DNA of 64,000 nucleotides. It comes from Dicyema japonicum. Lineage: Eukaryota > Animalia > Dicyemida. The notes beneath the pieces are model-generated. The model was not told where the DNA came from, ran no database searches, and worked only from the letters and a program-made list of their open reading frames with translations. The stretch lies in contig RDEW01000007.1 of NCBI GenBank assembly GCA_011109175.1, positions 619,712 through 683,711 of the forward strand, read 5' to 3'. Within the stretch, counting starts at the first letter, position 1; each line of letters opens with the position of its first letter. Below are positions 47,400 through 60,000 of the stretch, one piece after another. The translations under genes were made by a program, and so were the position numbers.

Positions 47400-50140
47400 T
47401 AGCAGACACAGAGACTTCGCTCCAATGAGATCCTCCTGACGTCGAGAGATATCCAGTCAAACTCCGTATTGAAAAAAATTAGAATCCGACAACTGAACAT
47501 CAATGGGATCACGCTGAACTCACAGACCATTTGGCGAGACACAAAATTTATATTGTTTTTCTGCGAGAGTCCAGACTATCCATCACCTCACGAACATCAA
47601 GATTTACAGACTATTCAGTACTCCGCTCAGAACGGGAAAATTGGTTCCATGGTGGTGGACTGGTCACCCTCATACATTCTTCCATTTTTCACTGAAACTA
47701 CCCAGAACACGGTCATGCAAGCCTCGAATAACCGCATCGAAGAAATTACCATTAACATAATGTTCACTCCTTACACTCTCATTAATATTTGCATCCCGGC
47801 AACATCACGCTGTCATAATAGCTACCGTCCCAGCCTGGAATTATACTCAACTGCGGTGTCCTATGTGCTAAGGACCCACTATGGTATTTGACTCAGTTAT
47901 CAGACGCCAAATGAGAACAAATCACCTTTGAACTCGAACACTGTCATATTGAACAACCGCAACCAACACACGAGATGTGAAACTCGTCTAGGGGATCCAA
48001 AGACATCCCCGGACCTTTCGATGTGATCACTTTCGATCCCATCGCTGATTAGCTGGAATGTCAGTCTGATCACAACCGATCATAATTGAGTCTATCTCAC
48101 CACCCACAACGATCAGGCGGACCTTCGCAAACTACAGGAAACGAATTGGAATAATTCTAAGGCAAAAATAGAAAGGTCATTGGAAGACTTTATTATGTAA
48201 AAATTTACGTCTCCAGATAAAGCCGTGGCCTAATAACAAGGAGTCTTGTCGACTGACAAGAAATCAACCCCAAAGGCTTCATCAGAGACTACAGACCTTA
48301 TTTAATGGTGAATTCCTTCATCTCATTCGTGAAAGGAGACGCTTAAAGAGATCGAGGATCAGTCATCAGAGAACTATCCTCGCTGAATAAGCAAATAACC
48401 ATGTTGGTTTTTAAAATCAAGAATAAAAATGGACTAAACTTATTTCCCATCTTACCTCAAAATATAAACCGACAAAATTCTGGAGATTCATCAAGGATGT
48501 TCAGGACAGTCAAACTAATTCCGGTTCCTGTCATGATGTGATCCTTGATAAAAACAACCGAACTAAAGACTTTCACCGTCAGGCAAACTATTTGATGACC
48601 CATTATTGCGAGACCAGTCACGTTCCAAAAATACTCGACCTAAGAGAGTCAACCACCACGAGGTATGAGGGGTCATATGCAAGGTCCCGTAACGCTACTC
48701 ATGACTTGATCTAAAATGTGCGCAACTCTCCTGCCAAAGGCCTTGATGGTCTGTGTATCCTCCACTTGCAACACCTCAGACCTACCGGACTATGCTCTCA
48801 AGGTCATTTATTAATTCCCAATCAACTCATGTTCTATGTTATGGAAGAAATTGATAATTATCCCCGTACTCAAAAGCAACAAGGATTCATCCTCTCCTTC
48901 CTCCTACAGACCTGCTTCTCTTACCTCAGTTGTATCGAAGATTTTGGAAAGAATAGTCTTGAACGAGATTTCTGATCATCTTAACCTTTCCAAATCACAA
49001 CATGGCTTTCGTCCCCTTTACTCGACAACCTCCCATCTATCCACGGTCACACAGTTTATTGCCGACGGTTTTAGTAATTCGAAATCTCCTGAAAGAAATG
49101 TTCTGGTCTCAATCGACCTGACAAAAGCGCCTTATAGCATTTATCGTTAGGTTCTCTCAAACAAGATCACTTCCTATCGGGAAAACTGCGTCAAACATAT
49201 TTTCCTTCTCATATGTCCCGATTCAGCTACTCCCAAATGGTGTCCCTAAGGGATCCATTCTCTCACCATCACTTTTAACCTATACCTCAGCGACTTCAGA
49301 AACGATCCTCCTTATCATACGCCGATGATCTTGTTATTGCTTCAAAGGACATTGGCCTATTGTAATGTCCAAATACACTTGACTTTGTTCTCTGACTGTA
49401 TGGGGGCAAACTGGATGTCTCCATCCACGTCGAAATCCGCAGTATCAATTTTTACAACTGACCTGAGACAATTTAACCACAGACCCAATATATACCTCAA
49501 TAACTTCTTTTAGTGGTTAAATATCCAAAATCCTCAGAGTCACGTTTGACTTGTCACTCAGTTATAACAAACACGAAGTACTTTACATCAGAGAAAACGA
49601 AAATTAAACATCCTTGATAGAAGTTGGCCAGTAGAACGGCCAGCAAAAGGAATGCCTTACCTAATTGTATAATCAATTCTGAATGACGACGGTAAACTAT
49701 ACCTTCCTAAACTAGGTCCTTGCATAGCGCTCTCCTTCATAAAAAAGTTGCTCAGGACCAAAACTCAGCATTGAGAGCTGCAACGGAGTGTTTTGAAATC
49801 ATCTACCGTCTGACAATTACACTGGAAGTCGAAGATCCTGCCTCTGGGTGATCACCTTGCATGAAGAAGCTAGAATTTCTCCGAGAATCACTTGACCATC
49901 CAACTTTCACATTGATTTAATCCACAAATTTAGACACATACGGAGAACATTCACTGATCTCCAAAGAACACTGACGAAAATCTCGCCAAACCTGCACAAA
50001 AAGGTATACATGACTTTTTATCTACACGTGGGATACGAACCCTCGAAGAGAGCAAGATACTATAGCGCATAGCTCATGTGATTAGCGATTCAGAACTGCT
50101 TCTTCTGAAGGCTGTCATGACAAACCGGTTATAATTAAAA
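47400..50140 (+). mobile_element. Decayed full-length Ingi/Vingi-like LINE with degenerate 2A-like N-terminus
   Basis: ILLTSRDIQSNSV-LKKIRIRQLNINGI (47430-47510), APE motifs, WKKLIIIPVLKSNKD..SYRPASLTSVVSKILER and QHGFRP. Confidence 0.85.
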
Positions 50141-50199
50141 TTTAAAATTTTGATTTTTTAAAGAACTTCAATTTATAAAGGAAAGAAAGTGAAGAAAGT

Positions 50200-50370
50200 A
50201 AGCAATAGACTGCTGGCTATTCCCTGTCAGGATGACGAGCGAGATTCGCTCAAATAACCAGCAGCGCTCACGGGGGTCTCCTAATCATGTAGAAATTGGA
50301 TTCCCTAGACGACTCAAGAATTCAGCGTCGCAGGCCCAGGGAAATTTTGATCCTTCAATAATAAACCAAA
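50200..50370 (-). mobile_element. CRE 3' fragment
   Basis: EFLSRLG..GDPRERCWLFERISL on the minus strand. Confidence 0.75.
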
Positions 50371-50449
50371 CAGTTAGACGGATCAAGTTTTTGCAATTAA
50401 CACTGTCAATATTTTATGCTGTCATTCATCATACCCACCGGTACCCGGA

Positions 50450-51060
50450 ACACTTGAATTAACAGGAAATCGATTTGGGATGAGAATTCTGGGCCAGCCG
50501 ACTTTCCATTGCCGAGACAAAGATATGCGGATAGGGTTTCCTCTTCTTCACAAAAGCAGGATCGTAGCTTCATTGAGATCCACAAATCTGTTTGCCTATC
50601 ATGTGAGAAGGATGAGTTGACTCAATGGAGTATTGATTCTGATAGCCTGAATCTCCGTGCGGTAGAAGGACAGACCACAGCCGATGCTATGGTCTGTCGA
50701 TAAAGTTTAGAGATGGATTCGTCAACATTAAAATGAGTTATCTTGACGATTCACTTGGGATTGGCCGTGAACTTCATCAGTCTGTGTCGTTGTTACTTTC
50801 CAGAATCGTAAAATAGCTTGTTTACGGGTACTAACCAAAGAGCCAATGAAGATTCTTTTTTTATATTGTCGGTCCGAAGTAATGGTGTCCACATTGATTT
50901 GTTGCTTATACTGAGAGGCGACACACATTCTTTAAGCATCAGTTGAAGGATATTGATGACGCGGAATGGTTTTTGGTGGGAGATTAAAGTCATCTGTATG
51001 GAATAACAGCAGGGAGTCTTGTCATCAAGTGTTGGAATGACATGTAGAAACAGAAACAAA
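50450..51060 (-). mobile_element. LINE 5'/APE remnant
   Basis: RVINILQL APE start with degraded downstream motifs. Confidence 0.45.
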
Positions 51061-51399
51061 GCTAGAGATAGGGTTTCCCGACCATTAGCATCACTTTCAA
51101 TGATAAAAAAATTTTAAGCGTAAAAAACAACCTTTTTAAATTTTTCTCATTTTTAGCCCTTCATCTGGAACGTAGTTTTTCCATGTGCTAAAATTCTCAA
51201 TTTGAGTGAGAAATGGTGAGTAAGGGGGTAAATATGGAACATGGAGGTTTGTATTTTAATAAATTCTTTATCGGTTCTTCGATTCCCTTTTCATAACAAA
51301 AAATTTTTAGGGATTCCAAAAAATTAGTCATTGATGCAGTTTCTGGTTCTAATGGCCTCTACAGGAATATAAGCTGAAGATCCTGATCTTCCACGTCTT

Positions 51400-51680
51400 A
51401 ATCTTTAGAGTATTGAAACTAATGTTAATGATTGCAGAGTTACGCTATTGATCAGGAATGTTACGCTATTGCCCAAAAGTGACGGTAATGGTCGGGAAAC
51501 CCTAAAATAGGGAGGCTGGGGGAATTGGTTTGGTATTAAACGGGTTCTTGATCTGTGGTGGCTGCAACAAAACCTTCCATGTCGTCCTGAGAGAAAGTTG
51601 GCAAACCAGAAAAGGAATATTGAACGACTTATAAAAACGACAGTCACCAAAAACTCCGGAAACCTTAACTCGTCAAGGAT
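51400..51680 (-). mobile_element. LINE RT fragment
   Basis: WFANFLSGRHGR..SRTRLIPNQFPQ is a degenerate PNGVPQG motif. Confidence 0.6.
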
Positions 51681-51879
51681 ACCTAGATCATATGTTATCT
51701 AGACACGTCTTAGCAGAGCTCTCAACCTGGTTCTGTGTTTCTGAGACATACAAGCACGTGCTGTCTTTGGAATAATAATTTAATCGAAATGTCATGATAT
51801 ATCAATAATTTGACAATATCCTTGAATATATCAATCAATTTAAATAACCAAAAATCAATTTATTAAGCAAAAAAGTGAG

Positions 51880-51962
51880 CAAATGGTCATGTAGCGTCCC
51901 CTGCTGCGTGGCTATTCCCTCTCAGAATGGCGAGCGAGATTCGATCAAGTAACCAGCAGCGC
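51880..51962 (-). mobile_element. Very short CRE 3' end
   Basis: AGCGCTGCTGGTTACTTGATCGAATCTCGCTCGCCATTCTGAGAGGGAATAGCC on the minus strand (RCWLLDRISLAILRGNS). Confidence 0.75.
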
Positions 51963-52003
51963 TAATAAATTTAAATATAAACGGAAAATAACGTTAATAA
52001 AAA

Positions 52004-52207
52004 ATGGGTCGCGGGGTACGACAGTACGCATATGGAAAAGAAATAATCGAGATTCCCATGGCGGAAGAATACAACAATGATTGGCTGAGGACCCCCGAAT
52101 GCACATGGTTAGATAGTGCGAAAGCTGAGTACTATGATGATTTTAGAATTATCAACTGCAGAAAAGACGGCTACAACTATCACATTAAGGATTATAAAGA
52201 CTTTTGA
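52004..52207 (+). CDS. Putative 67-aa intronless orphan ORF
   Basis: ATG in AAAAATGG context, clean TGA, AT-rich flanks and non-TE-like composition; no family recognised. Confidence 0.3.
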   Translation: MGRGVRQYAYGKEIIEIPMAEEYNNDWLRTPECTWLDSAKAEYYDDFRIINCRKDGYNYHIKDYKDF

Positions 52208-52609
52208 TTGTTCCCTGTAATTTTCGTTTGTTTTTTTTGATTAAATTTATGATTGATGACTAATTCGCATTGAACTAAGCTTATGAGTAAAATCAAACTT
52301 TAATCGATGGTTAAGTGAGTTTTTAATTGTCCAAAGGGAGAACATTTACTTCCATCCTCCAGTAGTCCATTACAGGCTTTCGCTTCGAAAGAGAAGTAGG
52401 TTTGCCCTCTTCCATTTAAGTCACACGTCCTACCGCCGCGGACATCACTTTATTCTTGGGCGAAAAGAGAAATGGGGGAGAAGCGGTAATGCTAGCAAGA
52501 GAATCGCAAAAGATGGACTGGTCGGAGAGTCCGTTTAGTTCTTAATTAATTAGATGACTAGAATATTTTGGAATTTTTAATAAAATTTGTTTAGAAATAA
52601 TGCTTGATT

Positions 52610-52990
52610 TGGGATTGGGCTTGTACCGACACCTTTCTTAGTCGAGGCTTTCAGGTTCCGCGTTGAAAGCTGAGGAGGCTGCTCGGACTTTATAGAATTT
52701 CAGGATAAAAAATACGACAGTCTCTCTACAAGATTCCATGTTCAGTCCATTGTTGTCGAGACAAGTGGAATCTTCGGGCCCAAGACGGTCTCTTTTCTAA
52801 GATCGTTTGGGTCAATGATCTCTAGAGTCAGCAACGAGCGTCTGGAAACCGAATGGTTGTTCCAAAGAATTTCTCTGGCAGTCGTCAGGAGGAACAGCCA
52901 TTCCATTATTTCAGCTGGATTATTTTGATTGTCTTGTTTTCGTAATAATTTTGGAAAAAAATTATAATTAAAATATTTATTAATGACAAT
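52610..52990 (+). mobile_element. CRE 3' fragment
   Basis: CTDTF, KYDSLSTRFHVQSIVVETSG and WLFQRISLAVVRRNSHS. Confidence 0.8.
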
Positions 52991-53034
52991 TATGTTTCTA
53001 CGATAGTTGCCTATAATAATATTAATGACAAAAA

Positions 53035-53210
53035 AGTGAACAAATGGTGATACAGTCGCCTGTGTCGCCTCTCGGGATGGCGAGCGACATTTGTCCAAAT
53101 AACTAGCAACGCTCACGAGGATCTTCTGTTCGTGTAGAATCCGATTCCCAAGACAACTCAAGAATTCCAGTGTCGCAATCTCAAGGGAATTAGACGTCTC
53201 AATAGCGAGT
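53035..53210 (-). mobile_element. CRE 3' fragment, tail-to-tail with the previous copy
   Basis: EFLSCLGNRI..DPRERC.LFGQMSLAI on the minus strand. Confidence 0.75.
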
Positions 53211-53689
53211 GAACAAACAAAAAATCCTTTGGTAGGATCACACTACTTCCCGTTTCAACCTCTCGCCCTTCTCAGCGGAAGACTTCCACCATGAGAAAAC
53301 GTGGAATGTAGGGAAAGCCTGGTAGGTACTTGTATTGAATTAGATTATCAAGCTCACTTGTATGAAATAAAATTATCCGATTTAAATCAATTTACTGATA
53401 TTCTTTGATATTCACAAAGAGAATATTTGATACAGATAATCATGAAGTTATAACTAACCTAATAAGCGAAAGACGAGTGGTCTTCGATAACATGAAATCG
53501 AAGTCCCTCAAGGTTCATCATTTTCACCAATACCATTCAACCTCTCATTTTTATTAACCTCCACTTGTTGGTCTTGGATCACTTAGAGGCTAAAAGTATT
53601 GCCTATCCTATTTTATCTAGGCTCGGAGATCCTTGGGAGCGACGTTTTTCCGTGAACGTCTCGGGACCGCAATCGTTCGTGAAAATGCC

Positions 53690-53915
53690 TCTGTCTAGTG
53701 AGGCGAATGTGTGATCAGTTTAATAATTTTGTGAAATTAAAAAATAAGACTGGGAAATATCACATCAGTCAAGTTAGAGGATCTGAAGGCTGTTGGCTAT
53801 TCGAACAGATTTTCCTCGCAGTCCAGAGAGGAAATAACCATGTAGTCATGATGCGACCTTCTAACTTTATTTTTTTGTTTTTGTAGTTCATAAAACGTTA
53901 TTTTTCAATAAAGAT
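53690..53915 (+). mobile_element. CRE 3' fragment
   Basis: EGCWLFEQIFLAVQRGNNH followed by a T-rich tail and AATAAA. Confidence 0.75.
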
Positions 53916-54499
53916 TTCTAGGTCATTTGCCCATTTCATCTTAAATTAATTTGGTAACAAGATTTTGTTTCAAATGATTTTAGAAATTTCGCGTGAAAAT
54001 TGGACGCTATTGCCTACAAATTTACGTAATCTTTGGACTCCATGTTTCATATATATAAACAATTAGAAGGAACACAAGACAACGTGATAACAATTTAACT
54101 TTTCTATTTTTTAATTAAAAAATTTCGGCGTGGATTATCTTCCGCAGCGAAAATTTGACGTTATCTTTACACAACGACAAAAGATCACAATTTCCTCCCC
54201 ATAAAGATATTCTCCTCAACTGGATCCTTTGCTGTTCTCAAGGGGCATTCAGCCTTTCCACCAGTGCCCTCTCCGGTGACGTCGAACCAACCCAGGCCCA
54301 TAGAAATACCTAACCAAGAGATACTCTTCCATCCACATGGACCATTCTACAGAATTGGGGAGGTGTTATCACACTTGTGCGTGACTGTATCCCTTTCACT
54401 AACTCAACCGACTCAGCACGCTCCACATTTTTACATGATGCACATTTGGAGGTCATCTCTGCTGATAACTATGGCTATTTTTTGACCAACCCTAGAAGT

Positions 54500-55620
54500 T
54501 ATTCGACATGTGGCCGATCCTGATGCCGAGGGGCCATAGGATTTCCAATTTCTTACAGAATCATGTCCCTCCTCTGTCAGTCGTCTCAATCTTAAAGAAA
54601 TTAATCCTCGACATGACCTGTCTGGAGATGATATGTCGTGTCGGATAGTTCCAAATCAGTCTTAAAACTCCAACTAAACGACATGCCACAGGGACCCTCT
54701 TAGGAATCTGAATATTAAATCTGTTCTTACACGACCTACCAACCAATTCTAAAGACAACACATTAATATTGAATTTAGTTTATTGAGTTTGGGGGAGAAA
54801 TTAAAATCTCTACCCTGGACAGGCATATTCAATTGTTGGAGCAATGACCTGCCTATACAATCTGAAATGGGAACTTCTTTGTAAATGCCTTCAATACATT
54901 AAGCTTCCCCAGTTTCTAGGTCAAGACTTCTTCAGCGTGATGGGAGAAGGTCATTAAGGAGATTAAGTAACCTTGAGAATCTTCGGTTTCTTGGAATAGG
55001 GATGTCCCCAAAGCACACCAAGTCTTCACATTTGGACTTCTTACCCAAGGTAAATATTATGAATGTGTTTTTTGCAACCGACACCGAAAGAGAATTAATA
55101 CCGAGTCAGCGATGAACCTTGTCGAGGTGTGACTGAACACCGCCATAGCCACTGAAGGAGAATTATCCCATGCGGCAGTAATTAGGTCGTCCGCGTAGGA
55201 TAAAAACATAGTGTCCTGATCTTTAAGTAGTAGGTAAGCCGTGTAGAAATAAGTTAAACGGGAGAGGAGATAAAGGGGATCTCTTGGACCCTATTTGAGA
55301 GTAGTCTTAATTTTGAAGTAGTTTAACTGATCTGTACTTTCCACGTCGGCCATTAGGAAATTTTCTAGTCAAAGCATGATTTGGATGTAAATTTAAATTA
55401 AAGATTTTTTTCATTAGGAGTGTTCTCGAAGGCCTTCTGTATATCGATACCAAACCCATCCATAAATGTGTTTCATGTTGAAGCAGTCTGTATGAACTGG
55501 GAGACAGATCCAAAATGAGTTGTTGCAGAACGTCTGCTTTGAAGCCATGCTGAAATTTTTATTGATGGACTTTTATGCTGGAATGACTTGTCTCTAGGCA
55601 ACGGCGAGAATACACTTGAT
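54500..55620 (-). mobile_element. Ingi/Vingi-like LINE RT remnant
   Basis: FQHGFK, degenerate LLSNRVQE..SSP (LLPNGVPQGSPLSP) and thumb motifs. Confidence 0.65.
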
Positions 55621-57093
55621 TAGCTGTTAACTGTTTTCTCTTATTTAGGTCAAATTAGAGAAAATAGCTCAAACAAAAGTATGACTTATCTGTGAATAGT
55701 AAAAACAGAATTAATTTTGTACAACGACGTGACACGTTTCTTGATTAGGAAATACTCGATGGAAATATATAGAAAGCAGAATATACACGGGGATGAATCC
55801 CGTCTGAAGTTCCTCTCATTAGATGTATATCAAAGGAAGGGGAAGAGGAGGAACAGACAAAACAAGTAGAAAATTTAAACCAATTAGCCACTTAGAACCA
55901 CATGATGCCACGTGGCGCAAATACGCTGACAGCTTTTCATAAAAAGTAAGGCAGTAGAGTCCATGGAAAAGATAACTATTAATAAAAAGTTTTTTGATTT
56001 CCTTGGTGATGTAACATATGCTATTTTTGATATGGAAAACTCTGGATTTCTAGTCCCACGTTTCTTACAAAAAACTCGGAAACCTAAGGCTGAGAGCCTG
56101 CTCAGGGAACCATCGTGAGTGATACTAGTCATTCGGAATAGATTTTCCCTGCAATCCTGAAGGGAAATAGCAATGTAATACGAGGGAGGATGCTGCCTTC
56201 CAACTCAGTATTTGTTCAACTATAATGTGGCATCAATAGCCTCTGAAAGATGATGCCCACCTTACGCATTATGGAGAAACAAATTAACCATAAAGGCATA
56301 TTTTGTGGCCAATAGAATTATATAAAAATAATTAGAGAAATTAAAAAAAGTATGGTTAAATCGAGGTTCGATTGCAAATAATTCACCGATTCCCCAAAGT
56401 GTGACAATCAGTTCTTAAGTTAACCAAAATTCAAATAAAAAACAATTTCGTAGATAATTTGATTATAGATACAAGTCATAAGTACTTGGGTGAATAATTT
56501 GATAAAATAAAAATTAATGAAAGAAAATTAAAATCAAAGGAAAATAAAAAATTTAATTAGAAATCGATTAAAAAACAAAAAAAATCACACAAATGAAGTT
56601 ATTTGGTAAACCACAATAATTTAAAAAATTCAAATTAAAAGTAAAAAAAAAGTGACAAAAACGAAATTATATTAATAAATGATAGGATTATGGCAATTGA
56701 AGCTTTTTAAGAAGTGATTTTTTAACTCTGTCAAATAAGAAAATAAAAATATCAATGAAAATAAATAATAATTAGGTAAAATAAAAAGTAGCAAAAAACG
56801 AGATGAAAAAAGATTATACAATTTTTTTAAGTGACAAAAAGAAGATATTAATTCAACATAAGGGAATTTGACATCAATAGAATAAATTCTGATTAAAAAA
56901 CTAAATAAAAATAAAAAATGATGATTTAATATATAAATAATAATAATAAAAAATAGAAAATAGAAAGCAAGATAAAAATTGCAGAAAATTAGAAAAAAAA
57001 TGAAACCAAGAAATAGATTTAAATTAAAAAACCACAAATTACAAAACAATAAGCGGAAAACGAAGAACATAAAAAGGGATAGAATAAGGAAAA

Positions 57094-60000
57094 ATGATGT
57101 GGATCGTAGTGATATGTAAGAAAATAAATTAATCAAATAGTAAGTATACAAATAACAATATTAACGAATGAAATAAAACTACAGATCCAACAAGTTCATT
57201 GACAGGTTTGAGTTTTGATAACAGTGAGCATATAATACAGGGACAACCACGAATAACCAAACTACAACAACATCTAATACAAGCTCGACTTCAATAAACA
57301 GAGTACAAATAAACCAACTACTTCTTTCCATGGTTTTGTATTTGATGACAAAAAGCATCGAATAATGGTACTACATCTAATAAGCAGACAACAATAGCAA
57401 CAAATAAAAGCACAACGTCAGATAACCAAGACTACAAATTCACAAACTACTTCTTATTTTGGTTTTGTTTTTGATGACAAATAGCATTGTATAATGGGAC
57501 TACATCTAATAACCAGATAACAACGTCAACTAACACAGGCACACCTTAAATAACCAGACAACATCGACAACTAAAACAGACACACAACGACCAACAACCA
57601 GAGTACAACTGCAACAAACAAAGGAATAACGACCAATAACATAACTACGACAGCCAATAATACAAGCACTACCTGGAAGAACAATGCAACAACAGCAACT
57701 AACACAGGCTCTACGTCAAATAACCAGACTACAACTTCAACTAACACAGGCACCACGTCGAATAACCAGACTACACCAGTAATTTCTACAAGAACAACCT
57801 TCAATAATCAGACTACAAATAAACCAACCAATTCTTCTTCAGGTTTGCTTTTTGATAACAAATAGCACATAATAATGGCACTACATCTAATAACCCGACT
57901 ACAACTTCAGATAACACAGGCACCACGTCGAATAACCAGACTACATTAGTAATAACTACAAGCTCAACCACCAATAATCAGACTACAAATAAACAAACTA
58001 CTTCTTCTTCAGGTTTACTTTTTGATAACATATAGCATATAATAATGGCACTACCTCGAATAACCAGACAACAACTGCTAATAACACAGGCACAAGCTTA
58101 AATAACAGACAACAACAGCAACGAACACAGGCAGTACGACCATTAACCAGACTACAATAGGAACTAATACAAGAACCACGTCTAATAAACAGATTACAAC
58201 AGCAACAAACACAGTCTATACGTCAAATAACCCGACTACAAATTCAACTAACATAGGCAACACCTCCAAAAACCAGACTACACCAGTAATTACTACAAGC
58301 ACAACCTCCAATTATCACACTACAAAAATACCTATTACTTCTTCTTTAGGTATGATTTTTGATAACAAATAGCATCGTATAATGGGACTACATCTAATAA
58401 GCAGACAACAACGTCAACTAACACAGGCACTACCGCGAATAATCAGACAACACCAGCATCAAATCCAAGCACTACCCTCAATAACCAGACAACAACATCA
58501 ACAAATACAGACACTACATCAAATAACCAAACAACAACTGCATCTAACACAGGCACAAAATCCAATAACCAGACAACAACAGCAACTAGCACTAGCACAA
58601 CCTCTAATAACCAGATAACAACGTCAACCTACACAGGCACTACCGCGAATAATCAGACAACAACAGCATCAAATCCAAGCACTACCTCCAATAACCAGAC
58701 AACAACATCAACAAATACAGACACTACATCGAATAACCAAACAACAACTGCATCTAACACAGGAACAAATCAATAACAATACAACAAGAGCAATTAACAC
58801 AGGCTCTACGTCAAATAACCAGACAACAACTGCTAATAACACAGGCACAAGCTTTAATACCCAGTCAACATCAGCAACTAACACATACACAACGACCAAT
58901 AACCAGAGAACAACTGCAACAAACAAAGGAATAACTACCAATAACAAAACTACGACTGCCAATAATACAAGCACTACCTCGAAGAACAATGCAACAACAG
59001 CGACTAACACAGGCTCTACGTCAAATAACCCGACTACTACTTTAACTAACACAGGCACCATGTCGAATAACCAGACTACACCAGTATTTACTACAAGCAA
59101 ACCTCCAATAATCACACTACAAAATTATCCAACAACTTCTTCAGGTTTGCTTTTTGATAACAAATAGCATATAATAATGGCACTACATCGAATAACCAGA
59201 CAACTATAGCAACTAACACAGGCACAACGACCAATAACCAGAGTACAACTGCAACAAACAATGGAATAACAACTAATAACAAAACTACTATAGCCAATAA
59301 TACAAGCACTACCTCGAATAACAATACAACAACAGCAACTAACACAGGGACAACGACCAATAACCAGAGTACAACTGCAACAAATAATGGAATTACGACC
59401 AATAACAAAACTACTACATCCAATAATACAAGCACTACATCGAATAACCAGACAATAACTGCAACTAATACAGGCACTATCTCGAATAACCAGACAACAA
59501 CTGCTAATAACAGGCACAACCTTAAATAACCAGACAACATCGACAACTAAAACAGACACAACGACCAACAACCAGAGTACAACTGCAACAAACAAAGGAA
59601 TAACGACCAATAACATAACTACGACAGCCAATAATACAAGCACTACCTGGAAGAACAATGCAACAACAGCAACTAACACAGGCTCTACGTCAAATAACCA
59701 GACTACAACTTCAACTAACACAGGCACCACGTCGAATAACCAGACTACACCAGTAATTTCTACAAGAACAACCTTCAATAATCAGACTACAAATAAACCA
59801 ACCAATTCTTCTTCAGGTTTGCTTTTTGATAACAAATAGCACATATAATGGCACTACATCTAATACCGACTACAACTTCAGATAACACAGGCACCACGTC
59901 GAATAACCAGACTACATTAGTAATATAATACAAGCTCAACCACCAATAATCAGACTACAAATAAACAAACTACTTCTTCTTCAGGTTTACTTTTTTGATA

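Noticed and set aside
55700-56330. Possible GPCR-like or membrane gene on the minus strand
   Set aside because: Only weak hydrophobic patches in different frames; no consistent splice model or diagnostic motif.
56672-57151. 159-aa Phe/Leu/Ile-rich ORF
   Set aside because: Antisense product of the A-rich tract; low complexity with no motif.
57843-57865. Alternative genetic code or TAG read-through in the repeat protein
   Set aside because: Reading through the TAG enters the wrong frame (HIIMAL...). Only removal of 23 nt restores the repeat, and other genes end at ordinary TAA/TGA stops.
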